Positions 25,552-34,587 of a stretch of DNA of 64,000 bases are shown piece after piece. Position numbers and translations under genes: made by a program. Source of the stretch: Pseudanabaenaceae cyanobacterium. Lineage in GTDB: Bacteria; Cyanobacteriota; Cyanobacteriia; Pseudanabaenales; Pseudanabaenaceae. Every line of letters starts with the position of its first letter. The first letter of the stretch is position 1. The notes under the pieces were generated by a model that saw only the letters and a list, made by a program, of their open reading frames with translations, was not told the origin of the DNA and did not search any database. The stretch is from the NCBI GenBank assembly GCA_046295715.1, contig JBKBMU010000005.1, forward strand, positions 80,755 through 144,754. The letters are read 5' to 3'.

Positions 25552-27608
25552 TTTCCTTGATGCTCTGGACTGCTCAATTGTACTAGAGAATGTCCACTCC
25601 TAAAACAAAATTCAGCTAGAGTAGCAATAAATTCTTTAATTGCAAAAGAATTCAAAGGAGCTTGACGCAAACTATCATTCTGTGTAAAGCTAAGCTGACC
25701 ATCACAGATACAAGGTTGTAAATAAGTAGCTTGTAAAGCTTTTATTCCTTTTTCTAGCAAAATGTCAGTTAAATACAATTTATCCTTAAGTACAGTTAGT
25801 GGAATCTGTTGTTGAGTACGGGCTAGATACTTAGCGATCCCCACTAATTCTTTCCAGATATGAATTGGATCCCTTGGAACCCTCTGGACTAATGGGGGCA
25901 AATTCTCGACTGGTTTAGGTGCAGTTGGTAAAACAACTGGGGCAACTAAGCGCCAATCAATAAGCAGCCCTTGATACTTGTATTTATTATCCTTGAATTT
26001 ATGTACAAATTCTACTAACACATCACAGCGATCCCTAGGCAGTTCACTGGGTTTGTAGTCCCAACAAATGCATTTAGTTTTACCTGTTGCATCCTGTAGA
26101 AAGTATTCAGGAAATCTACTAGAATCGACTGTAGAGAGATAGGCGTTTCTAATTAAAATTACAGGATTAGGATTGCCCATACCAAAAGGTTGCAAACACT
26201 TTAACTGCTTCGTGAGGTCTTCATTGAATTCCCCAATGTTCAGTTCTAAATCAATCTGGATTTGACGGACAAAAGAGTAATTAGGATAGTGGTGATGGAA
26301 CCTTTGATTGATCGCATGGATAAAAACCTCTAAATTTTCTTGCTTGAGAGATAAGCCACAGGCAAAAGGATGTCCACCCATACCGATCAATAAGTGTTCC
26401 TGCCCTTTGATCAACTGATATAAATCAATATCACCATAGGATCGGGCACTGGCTCTAATCACTTCTCCATCGGTAGTACCCACAATTACAGGGCGACAAT
26501 ATATATTGCTGATCCGATTAGCCGCTAAACCTAGAATTCCACCTGTCCACTCTGGATCGACTGTAACAATAATCCCTGTAGTTGATAAATCTAGCTGGCT
26601 AATTTTTTTCAAGACAGCATCGGTCAATTTGTCTTGTAAGTTTTTGCGTTTCTGATTGGCAGTCTCCATTAGATCAACTAAGGTCTGACAGTAGGTGGGA
26701 TCATTGCTAGTAAAGAGTTCCACACATCGATTTACTTGACCCCAAATCCGACTAACCGCATTCAAGCGGGGGGCGATACCAAAACTAATATCGGTAGGAT
26801 TATCGCCTGCTAGGTTACATTTATCTAGTAATAATTTTAAGCCTGTGCGCTGGCGTTGCTTGAGCACTTCTAACCCTTTCTTGGCGAGATAGCGCACATC
26901 CCCTGTCAATTCTACAAGGTCAGCAATCAAACCAATGGCTACTAAATCTAATAGTTTTTCTAAAGCTACCTGAGGATCACTTACTTGGGTTGTATATAGC
27001 CCCTCTAATAGTTTATATGCGGTCGCTACGCCTGAAAGATGATAGAGGGGATGATGATTAGATAAATACCGTGGGTTAATAATTGCCGTCACAGGAGGGC
27101 GTTCTGCAGGTAGAGTGTGATGGTCAGTAATAATCACATCTATTCCTAAATGCTTTAGATATTCTAGCTCGGCATAATTGGAACTGCCTGTATCGCAAGT
27201 AATAACTAGATCGCAGTTGTTTTTAATAGTCTCAATTCCCTTCCGGGATAAGCCGTGACCCTCTTGCAGACGATCGGGAATGTAGTATTTTAGATTGGGC
27301 AATAGAGGTTTCAATCCCTCTAAGAGAACTGCTGTAGCTGTAATTCCATCCGTATCAAAATCTCCCCAAATCCATACCCTCTCTTGCTTCTTGGCGGCTC
27401 GTTGAATTCTCTCAATCCCCCGCTCCATCTCCGCACCAAAAGCACTTGCTGGCGTAGGCTGGTAGTGGCTGGGATCAAGGAATGACATAACTTCCAGGGG
27501 ATCGGTCATACCTCTGCGCCACAGAATCTCTGCCCCGTATCTACCTGCGAGGTCAATCAACCACTGGGGGAGTGGGGTAATCTTCGTAAATATCCATTCA
27601 CTAGACAT
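25548..27608 (-). CDS. recJ: single-stranded-DNA-specific exonuclease RecJ
   Basis: 686 aa with DHH-family motifs (IWGDFDTDGITA, ITCDTGSS, VIITDHH) and DHHA1 (GGHPFACG). Confidence 0.9.
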   Translation of the reverse strand: MSSEWIFTKITPLPQWLIDLAGRYGAEILWRRGMTDPLEVMSFLDPSHYQPTPASAFGAEMERGIERIQRAAKKQERVWIWGDFDTDGITATAVLLEGLKPLLPNLKYYIPDRLQEGHGLSRKGIETIKNNCDLVITCDTGSSNYAELEYLKHLGIDVIITDHHTLPAERPPVTAIINPRYLSNHHPLYHLSGVATAYKLLEGLYTTQVSDPQVALEKLLDLVAIGLIADLVELTGDVRYLAKKGLEVLKQRQRTGLKLLLDKCNLAGDNPTDISFGIAPRLNAVSRIWGQVNRCVELFTSNDPTYCQTLVDLMETANQKRKNLQDKLTDAVLKKISQLDLSTTGIIVTVDPEWTGGILGLAANRISNIYCRPVIVGTTDGEVIRASARSYGDIDLYQLIKGQEHLLIGMGGHPFACGLSLKQENLEVFIHAINQRFHHHYPNYSFVRQIQIDLELNIGEFNEDLTKQLKCLQPFGMGNPNPVILIRNAYLSTVDSSRFPEYFLQDATGKTKCICWDYKPSELPRDRCDVLVEFVHKFKDNKYKYQGLLIDWRLVAPVVLPTAPKPVENLPPLVQRVPRDPIHIWKELVGIAKYLARTQQQIPLTVLKDKLYLTDILLEKGIKALQATYLQPCICDGQLSFTQNDSLRQAPLNSFAIKEFIATLAEFCFRSGHSLVQLSSPEHQGN

Positions 27609-28257
27609 CGTCTAAACGCTCGATCGCTGATTTTAGTTTCTGCCATAGTAATTCTAAACTCACCGGATCATTCAAGCTATGATCAGATTCCACTAAATGT
27701 AACTCTACTTGAGGATATTGTTTCTGAAACTCTATGCTCACTTCTGCGGGTACAACCTCATCTTGCTTACCGTGCAGGATCGCAATGGACAGAGTGCGCG
27801 CCAATTGCCAATGCCGATATTGCTGGGCATCTAAATAGAACTCATAATTGAGAGCAATGTTCTTCTGGAAGCCATAGTGGAAGAATTCCCTAGTACCTTG
27901 CTTTTCCCACTCAGCCAACGCTTCTGAGCCTATCCATTGTCCTATAGCCGCAGGAAAATTCAGCGCAGGTGCAAGCAGAATCATCTCTTTAATCTGAACA
28001 TTGCGGATCGCCCACTGCACCGCAATAAAACCCCCTAGACTAGAACCTACCACCAGTAAGGCTTCATTTGAGAAGGAATGCTGTAAATAATTCAGTATCT
28101 TAGTAATGGTCATAGTCTGAAAATTTCCTAGAGTCAAATCAGGAATCAAGAGTTCTCTGCTAATTTCCTGACACTTCTGTTTTAAGAATTGAGCTTTGCC
28201 TGATTGTGGGCTAGAACCAAAACCATGCAGATAAATTATGGTCATACTTTCCCCCAT
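27601..28257 (-). CDS. YqiA-like alpha/beta-hydrolase esterase
   Basis: 218 aa with IIYLHGFGSSPQSGKAQFLK at the N-terminus, the nucleophile elbow VGSSLGG and a C-terminal DH. It overlaps both neighbouring genes. Confidence 0.7.
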   Translation of the reverse strand: MGESMTIIYLHGFGSSPQSGKAQFLKQKCQEISRELLIPDLTLGNFQTMTITKILNYLQHSFSNEALLVVGSSLGGFIAVQWAIRNVQIKEMILLAPALNFPAAIGQWIGSEALAEWEKQGTREFFHYGFQKNIALNYEFYLDAQQYRHWQLARTLSIAILHGKQDEVVPAEVSIEFQKQYPQVELHLVESDHSLNDPVSLELLWQKLKSAIERLDDV

Positions 28258-29678
28258 TTTTGTAATCTTGGTAGAGCTAATCCCGCCTGATGTAGTAACA
28301 CAAAAGTAGGCATAATTTCAGGGCCTTTGGTATCGCCTGTAAGTGCACAGCGCAAGGGCTTCATTATCGCCCCCTTTTTAGTTTGACACTTGTCAATCAC
28401 AACTTGAATCAAGCCTTGGGCAGTCTCTAGTGTAAATTCCGTACTAGGGTAGGCTGACAGTAATTGAGCGATCGTGCCTATTATCTGCTGTACTTGTTCA
28501 TCTTGGAGCACCTTTTCTGCATCTACGGTGTAACTAGGCTCTTGAAAGAAAAAGTGAGTGACTTTTACGGCATCAGTGAGTACGGTCAAACTGGGGGCAA
28601 CCAAGGCTGTGAGAGCTTCTAGCCATGGGCGCGGTTGTGTGCAAGTATAGCCTGCGGACTGCCAGAATGGTATAAGCCTATCGCACAGGTCAGGAATCAG
28701 CAGATTATGGATATACTGGCTATTGAGCCAATTCAATTTATCCCAATCAAATCTAGCACCTGCGGGGTTCACTCTACTCAAATCAAATAGTTGAGCGGCT
28801 TCTGAGAGGGAAAAAATCTCTCTGCCTTCGGGGGGCGACCAGCCCAAAAGAATCATATAGTTATTGAAGGCTTCAGGTAAATAACCCATCTCTTTGAACT
28901 CCCACACCGAAGTAGCTCCATCCCGTTTGGAAATTTTTGCGCCCTGGGCATTGAGAATCAGAGGTGTATGGGCAAATTGGGGCGCAGGTTGACCAAAAGC
29001 CTCATACAAAAGAATCTGTTTAGCAGTGTTGGCGATGTGGTCTTCACCTCTAATCACATGGGAGATATTCATATCAATATCATCCACCACTACTGCGAAG
29101 TTGTATAGTGGTAAACCGATCTTGCCTTCACCCGCAGTACGAGCGATCACTAGGTCGCCACCTAGATCACGGCTATTCCAGCGCATTTCCCCTCTGACTA
29201 GATCATGCCAGATAATCTCGCGCGGTTCTTCAATCCGAAACCTCACCACTGGAATTCTTCCTTCTGTTTGATATGCCTGTCTTTCAGCTACTGTCAGATT
29301 TCTGTGGCGATTGTCATAACGGGGAGCCAGTTTTTGTGCTTTCTGAACCTCTCTGAGGGCTTCTAATTCTTCCGTAGAAGTGTAGCAGTAATAGGCTAAA
29401 CCCCGCTCCAGCAGTGTCTGTACTGCCTCTACATAGCGTTCTTGGCGTTGAGTTTGGAAGTAAGGACCTTCATCAAAATCAATCCCTAACCACTTCAATC
29501 CGTCGAGGATATTCTGAGTGAATTCAGGCTTGGAGCGTTCCTGATCCGTATCTTCTATCCGTAAAATGAATGTGCCCCCATGACGGCGCGCAAACAACCA
29601 GTTGAAGAGCGCAGTACGGGCTGTGCCAATATGTAGGTTGCCTGTAGGACTAGGGGCGATCCGAACACGAACAGTCAT
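28242..29678 (-). CDS. gltX: glutamate--tRNA ligase
   Basis: 478 aa carrying RVRIAPSPTGNLHIGTARTALFNWLFARRHGGTFILRIEDTD (HIGH region) and KISKRDG (KMSKS). Confidence 0.93.
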   Translation of the reverse strand: MTVRVRIAPSPTGNLHIGTARTALFNWLFARRHGGTFILRIEDTDQERSKPEFTQNILDGLKWLGIDFDEGPYFQTQRQERYVEAVQTLLERGLAYYCYTSTEELEALREVQKAQKLAPRYDNRHRNLTVAERQAYQTEGRIPVVRFRIEEPREIIWHDLVRGEMRWNSRDLGGDLVIARTAGEGKIGLPLYNFAVVVDDIDMNISHVIRGEDHIANTAKQILLYEAFGQPAPQFAHTPLILNAQGAKISKRDGATSVWEFKEMGYLPEAFNNYMILLGWSPPEGREIFSLSEAAQLFDLSRVNPAGARFDWDKLNWLNSQYIHNLLIPDLCDRLIPFWQSAGYTCTQPRPWLEALTALVAPSLTVLTDAVKVTHFFFQEPSYTVDAEKVLQDEQVQQIIGTIAQLLSAYPSTEFTLETAQGLIQVVIDKCQTKKGAIMKPLRCALTGDTKGPEIMPTFVLLHQAGLALPRLQKWGKV

Positions 29679-29777
29679 AAGTATTTTGCAAACTGAGCTT
29701 CTATTATATCTCTTTTGCTGTACTAATTGAAAAACTTGGCTTAAACTTATTCTCTAATTTCAATGGTATTTTAATCT

Positions 29778-30167
29778 ATGTCCACTTCTGAATTACCAAA
29801 ATCTATACTAGTAATTGATGATGAGCCTGATATTTGTGAAGTGATTCAAGTGGCTCTAGGGGAATTCGCAGGCTGGCAGGTAACTACAGCTGGTTCAGGC
29901 AAAGAAGGTCTAGAAATTCTCGATCGCCTCAGTTTTGATTTGATTCTCTTGGATATATCTATGCCAGAAATGGATGGCATTAGTGTCTTTGAGCAAATGC
30001 GATCCCATCCTACAGCCAAAGATATACCAGTAATTTTATTAACTGCCAAAGTATTAGCTTCAGATCAAGAACGGTTTGCTAAAATAGGCGTAGTGGGCGT
30101 AATTGGCAAGCCATTTAACCCCATAGATTTAAGTACTAAGATAGCTAAACTCATGGAATGGAATTAA
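29778..30167 (+). CDS. single-domain response regulator (receiver only)
   Basis: 129 aa with ILVIDDEPDI...LLDISMPEMDG...LTAK...GKPF. Its stop overlaps the start of the next gene (ATGGAATGGAATTAA). Confidence 0.85.
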   Translation: MSTSELPKSILVIDDEPDICEVIQVALGEFAGWQVTTAGSGKEGLEILDRLSFDLILLDISMPEMDGISVFEQMRSHPTAKDIPVILLTAKVLASDQERFAKIGVVGVIGKPFNPIDLSTKIAKLMEWN

Positions 30168-31270
30168 CCGCACTGAAGCAGTTATATGCCAATCGCAGGC
30201 GAGAATTTATCTGGCTAGATTTACAGGGACAAGATTTAACGGCATGGGAACTACCAGATATTATCTTGCGGGAAAGTAACCTAGAGTCAGTAATTTTAAC
30301 AAGGGCAAATTTACGCAATGCCCGTTTTCCTAAGTCTAATTTGAATGGAGCGAATTTACAGTTTGCGGATTTGGTAGGTGCAAAGTTTGTCAAGGCTAGT
30401 TTGGTAGGGGCAGATTTACGGGGCGCAAATTTAACTGATGTTGATTTTCGCTATGCTGATTTGACATCTGCTTGTTTAGATTTAGCAAATTTAACTAATG
30501 CCAATTTTATTGGCGCAAATTTAACAGGTGTAGATTGGGGCAATGCGGATGTATCAGGGGCAATCTTTGAGCCCAAACAAGTGCAAGTTGAGTCAGAACC
30601 TAATACTGCGAATACTATGATTCAATTTCAAGACAAATGGAACTATCGTCCAGAGGACTTATTAACTACGCCGCAAAAGTTAGCTTTATCCCCCTTGATC
30701 TGGCTGTGTTTTATCTTTTCTAGCTATTTCTATCAGGGCTTTTTTGCAAGTAATTTTCTAAAACATGGCTACAGTTTTGCTTTTTCAGTATTATCAGGTA
30801 TTTCACCCCTATTGTGGCTGTTAGCATCTGATTGGTATTGGCTATTTCCTGCAGTAATTACAGCCATAATTCTAGTGCTGACTTTTGATTGGTTTAGTTT
30901 TTTATTTACAGCGATCGCTATGTTTGTGTCTCTAGCTAGGGTGAAAAAATATCGGGCAGTTTTAGATCGTGTCCATCTCCATACCTTCGGGGAAGTACCC
31001 AAGAAACTGCAAAAGAGTGTCCTCAAAGATGCACTGGTGCTGTCATTGTTTGCCTTGAGCTTAGTGAGTTTATTTCGTGTGTTATTTGTTCAACCAGGGT
31101 TTGTCTTTTATTGGTTGAGCGCCTTAATCTTGGCAATATCTGGTGGAATCATTATTGACCTACGCCCGGACCAAGTCCAGCGATCCCACATTCTATTTTT
31201 ATTACTGGGGATCAGTTGGTTGGGATTAGTATGTGGTCTGGGGTGGCGGTACACGCCAAATATGAATTAA
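30158..31270 (+). CDS. pentapeptide-repeat protein with C-terminal polytopic membrane domain
   Basis: 370 aa. About 22 A(D/N)LXX repeats occupy aa ~35-145 (ANLRNARFPKSNLNGANLQFADLVGAKF...), followed by 5-6 hydrophobic helices. Confidence 0.75.
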   Translation: MELTALKQLYANRRREFIWLDLQGQDLTAWELPDIILRESNLESVILTRANLRNARFPKSNLNGANLQFADLVGAKFVKASLVGADLRGANLTDVDFRYADLTSACLDLANLTNANFIGANLTGVDWGNADVSGAIFEPKQVQVESEPNTANTMIQFQDKWNYRPEDLLTTPQKLALSPLIWLCFIFSSYFYQGFFASNFLKHGYSFAFSVLSGISPLLWLLASDWYWLFPAVITAIILVLTFDWFSFLFTAIAMFVSLARVKKYRAVLDRVHLHTFGEVPKKLQKSVLKDALVLSLFALSLVSLFRVLFVQPGFVFYWLSALILAISGGIIIDLRPDQVQRSHILFLLLGISWLGLVCGLGWRYTPNMN

Positions 31271-32431
31271 CCGATCTTCCCCGCCTGTAGCTAAAATTTG
31301 ACTGTCGGCACTAAGGGCAATGGTGTTAATTAAATCCCGATGTCCTGTGAGGCTACAAATTTCTGAGAGGGTCGCCACATCCCAGAACTTAATCACTTTG
31401 TAGCTGGCACTTACTAATACTTTGCCATCCCTACTGAATGCTAGGGCTTTCACCCAGCCCCAGTGCCCCTCTAGGGTGGCAATCTCCATGCCTGTCTGCA
31501 AGTCCCACAGCATAATTCTGGTGTCTAAACTGCCACTGGCAAGGATTCTGCCGTCGGGACTAATCGCAAATGCCAATACCCGTGCTGAATGCCCCACAAA
31601 TTCCCACACCTGCTTGCCTGTCTCTAAATCCCATGTGCGGATCGTGGTGTCATAACTGCAACTGGCAATCGTCTTCCCGTCAGGACTGAGGGCGATCCCC
31701 GCCACTAGGTTAGTGTGTCCCCTGAGGGTACGCATATCTTTGCCTGAGAGGGTGTCCCAGATTTTGATCGTGGTATCCTGACTGCCTGTAACCAACATCG
31801 TGCCATCGGGAGTAACGGCTACGGAATTGACATAGCCCAAATGCCCCGTCAGTGTCTGCTGATGAGCCCCACTGTGGATGTCCCAAACCTGAATGGTGCG
31901 ATCGCGACTGCTACTGTACAGTCTGCTGGTGTGGGGACACAGTGCTAAGGCAGTAACCATCTGTTGATGCCCCTGTAACCGCTGTCTCACCTGCCCCGTA
32001 CCCAGATCCCACAGCAAAATCTCACCATCGGTGTCGGTGCTGATCAGGGTAGCTCCATCATCAGTGAGGGCAAGGGCAGTAATTGGTTGCTGATGTGCCG
32101 TCAAAGACTGCTGACAATCCAGCAGTTGATAGTGGGTGTAGCCCGCCAAAGCCTGCCGTACCTGTGGTTCAGTCCGATGCCAGAGGAGTTGTAGGGCATA
32201 CCGCTGTACCTTGGGGGATCGATCCCCTAAACACTGGATCAACAACGCCACCCCTTGCTCCCCATACCGCAACAATTGGGGCAGTGCCGCCAATCGCTGT
32301 TCAGGATAAATACTTTGTAAATTAGACCTGATCCCCGCCCAACCACCCAAAACCACTGCCCCCGCAGGAGAAGATTGCCTCCCCCCTAACACCACGTCAG
32401 TCTTTTGGGGTTGTGATCGTAAATTTGCCAT
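31226..32431 (-). CDS. WD40-repeat protein with N-terminal HEAT-like segment
   Basis: About 7 WD repeats are present (e.g. GHQQMVTALA...IQVWDI; GHTNLVAGIA...IRTWDL). The N-terminus AVVLGG...RLAALPQLLRYGEQGVALLIQCLGDRSPKVQ is common in cyanobacterial WD40 proteins. The track start at 32440 is TTG; I prefer ATG at 32431. Confidence 0.8.
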   Translation of the reverse strand: MANLRSQPQKTDVVLGGRQSSPAGAVVLGGWAGIRSNLQSIYPEQRLAALPQLLRYGEQGVALLIQCLGDRSPKVQRYALQLLWHRTEPQVRQALAGYTHYQLLDCQQSLTAHQQPITALALTDDGATLISTDTDGEILLWDLGTGQVRQRLQGHQQMVTALALCPHTSRLYSSSRDRTIQVWDIHSGAHQQTLTGHLGYVNSVAVTPDGTMLVTGSQDTTIKIWDTLSGKDMRTLRGHTNLVAGIALSPDGKTIASCSYDTTIRTWDLETGKQVWEFVGHSARVLAFAISPDGRILASGSLDTRIMLWDLQTGMEIATLEGHWGWVKALAFSRDGKVLVSASYKVIKFWDVATLSEICSLTGHRDLINTIALSADSQILATGGEDRLIHIWRVPPPQTTY

Positions 32432-32657
32432 AGTGCTCAAGGATGTTCAACAGCAATCGCAACTGCGCCGCCGTGTGCTCCCCTTGCCATTCTAAGTACA
32501 AATGCTCAATGGGACTAGCTAAATAGTTAAATTCCTTGAAGGTGCGATATACAGGAAGCACAGTCATACCCCCCAACTGCTCTAGGTGCGCTATCAATTC
32601 CTGATACATCGCCCCCGCCAGATAGTCCTGAAAAGTAACAGTAAATCTCAAGCACAC
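32397..32657 (-). CDS. small hypothetical protein between the LuxR-type and WD40 genes
   Basis: 86-aa ORF with an alternative start at MYQELI (32609). It overlaps both flanking genes and has no recognisable family. Confidence 0.4.
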   Translation of the reverse strand: MCLRFTVTFQDYLAGAMYQELIAHLEQLGGMTVLPVYRTFKEFNYLASPIEHLYLEWQGEHTAAQLRLLLNILEHYGKFTITTPKD

Positions 32658-32995
32658 ATCTCTGAGTCTTGAATGTCTGTTATATTGTTCACGCTATTAG
32701 GGCGTTGGGGAATAGGTCGTTTGTCCAGACTGCAACAGTTTACTTCATCAATACAGACCTTACCCCATTGTAACGCCCACAGCACCAACGCTACTCTATT
32801 GTCAGTGCGAGTTTTTTTCAAGATGTTACTGACATGATTATCAACTGTGCGCTTGCTGATCGCCAACTGCTCGGCAATATCTTGATTAGTCAGTCCTGCC
32901 GCCACTAATTCGATCACTTGCAGTTCACGATCGGAGAGGGCAGAGGCAGTATCGAGGTAGTCGTTAAAACTGGTAGTAGTATTCATGGCTGGCAT
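32648..32995 (-). CDS. small stand-alone LuxR/GerE-type HTH transcriptional regulator
   Basis: 115 aa. LSDRELQVIELVAAGLTNQDIAEQLAISKRTVDNHVSNILKKT is the GerE HTH signature. No receiver domain is present. Confidence 0.85.
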   Translation of the reverse strand: MPAMNTTTSFNDYLDTASALSDRELQVIELVAAGLTNQDIAEQLAISKRTVDNHVSNILKKTRTDNRVALVLWALQWGKVCIDEVNCCSLDKRPIPQRPNSVNNITDIQDSEMCA

Positions 32996-33120
32996 CTAAC
33001 CTAGGACGGATTTACAGTGGGGATCAGATTAGTTTAGTTGATGAGAGTGGGGCATCACTAAACCCAACTTAAGTATAAGTTCTTAGTGGCACTTCTGTCA
33101 AATTTTTTTAGTGGCGGGGA

Positions 33121-33735
33121 TCACAGTTCCAGAAAGTTTGCCAGCCATTTGGGGGGAGCGGGGATCGCAATCTGGAGACGGTCAAAGATCAACCAAGCCA
33201 GCACATGGGAAATAGTTACATAAATTAAATTGCGCAGAATGACCCCCCCTACGGCAACCAGTTCCACTACCAGCAAATCCGCTTGCTCTAATGAGCCCAC
33301 CTGTTGTAACAACCAATTAACAAAGCCTGTTGCCTGTACCACCGAGTATGACCAGATATTTTCCCCAAACAGAAGTGATAATAATATCAGTTCTACGGCT
33401 GTCCCCAGTACCATCAGCCCCGTGCTCAGAGCCAAGGACATGCCCCACCTTACTCCCCGTTGCCACAGGTAGCCCAGCAGTAGCCCCAGCCCGCCAAACA
33501 AAATCAAGTATTGGGTACTGCGCACTGGTCCCATCAACACCATGACCAATAGAGTTGCCACTGTTACTGCGATCACTGCCGATCTTCCCCCCCAGCGCAA
33601 CCACACCAGCACCACTGGCAACGGATATAAATTCCGTACTAACAGAATGGGGAAATTATTGTTAATAAAAAACATTACTGCTGTGGCACTAGCCAAAAAG
33701 GCAGTTTCTACAAGGGCAAGGGGGGGGCGGGACAT
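33121..33735 (-). CDS. DUF2232-like polytopic membrane protein
   Basis: 204 aa with 5-6 TM segments. The N-terminal LALVETAFLASATAVMFFI pattern resembles the YybS/DUF2232 family. Confidence 0.5.
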   Translation of the reverse strand: MSRPPLALVETAFLASATAVMFFINNNFPILLVRNLYPLPVVLVWLRWGGRSAVIAVTVATLLVMVLMGPVRSTQYLILFGGLGLLLGYLWQRGVRWGMSLALSTGLMVLGTAVELILLSLLFGENIWSYSVVQATGFVNWLLQQVGSLEQADLLVVELVAVGGVILRNLIYVTISHVLAWLIFDRLQIAIPAPPKWLANFLEL

Positions 33736-33736
33736 T

Positions 33737-34549
33737 TTACATCACCCGATGTTGTAGGCAGGGCATTTGTCGCCGTACCTGTTCTAGGCGAGTGGGCTGA
33801 ATCTCGGCGATCGCTACCCCGACTTGATCCCCAGCATTTGCCAAGACCACGCCCCAAGGGTCAATAATCACGGCATGCCCATGGGACTGGCGACGCGGAT
33901 TGTGCCAACCCACCTGCGCAGGTGCGATCACATAGCAAGTGTTTTCAATTGCGCGCGCCTGTAGGAGTACCTGCCAGTGATCCTTGCCTGTGTATGCAGT
34001 AAACGCCGCTGGCACAAACAACACCTCTGCCCCCTGTTGAGTTAAATAGCGATAGAGTTCAGGAAAGCGCACATCGTAGCACACCGATAAACCCAAGTTG
34101 CCCAACTCTGGGGAACGATAAACTACAGGTGGTTGCGATCCCGCCTGCACCGTCGCTGACTCTTGATAAGTATTCCCATCAGGCAGGTTCACATCAAATA
34201 GGTGCATTTTCTGGTAGCGCGCCAGTTCCGTCCCCTCAGGACTGACTAGCAGAGCGGTATTGTACATCTTGCCTGTGTCTGGAGCTGGCACTGGAAACCC
34301 CCCACCCAACAGGGTAATTTGATACCTTTGTGCCATGTGAATCAAAAATTTATAGCTTTTGTCGGCGATTTCTTGCATCAGCCTGACTTTGGCATCTTCG
34401 TCCCCCAAAAACGAAAAATTTTCTGGTAAGCCCACCAAACTTGCACCTCTATTCACTGCTACTTGAATTAAATCCTCAGCTTGGGCGAGATTGGTATCCA
34501 CATCAGGGATACTGGTCATTTGAATGGCGGCAGCAAGGTAGGGTTTCAT
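33737..34549 (-). CDS. carbon-nitrogen hydrolase (nitrilase superfamily, Nit/omega-amidase-like)
   Basis: 270 aa. The E-K-C triad contexts are GLPENF, YQKMHLFD and LGLSVCYDVRFPELY. Confidence 0.85.
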   Translation of the reverse strand: MKPYLAAAIQMTSIPDVDTNLAQAEDLIQVAVNRGASLVGLPENFSFLGDEDAKVRLMQEIADKSYKFLIHMAQRYQITLLGGGFPVPAPDTGKMYNTALLVSPEGTELARYQKMHLFDVNLPDGNTYQESATVQAGSQPPVVYRSPELGNLGLSVCYDVRFPELYRYLTQQGAEVLFVPAAFTAYTGKDHWQVLLQARAIENTCYVIAPAQVGWHNPRRQSHGHAVIIDPWGVVLANAGDQVGVAIAEIQPTRLEQVRRQMPCLQHRVM

Positions 34550-34587
34550 ATCATTATTTAAACCTATTCATTAACTTAGCATAATTT

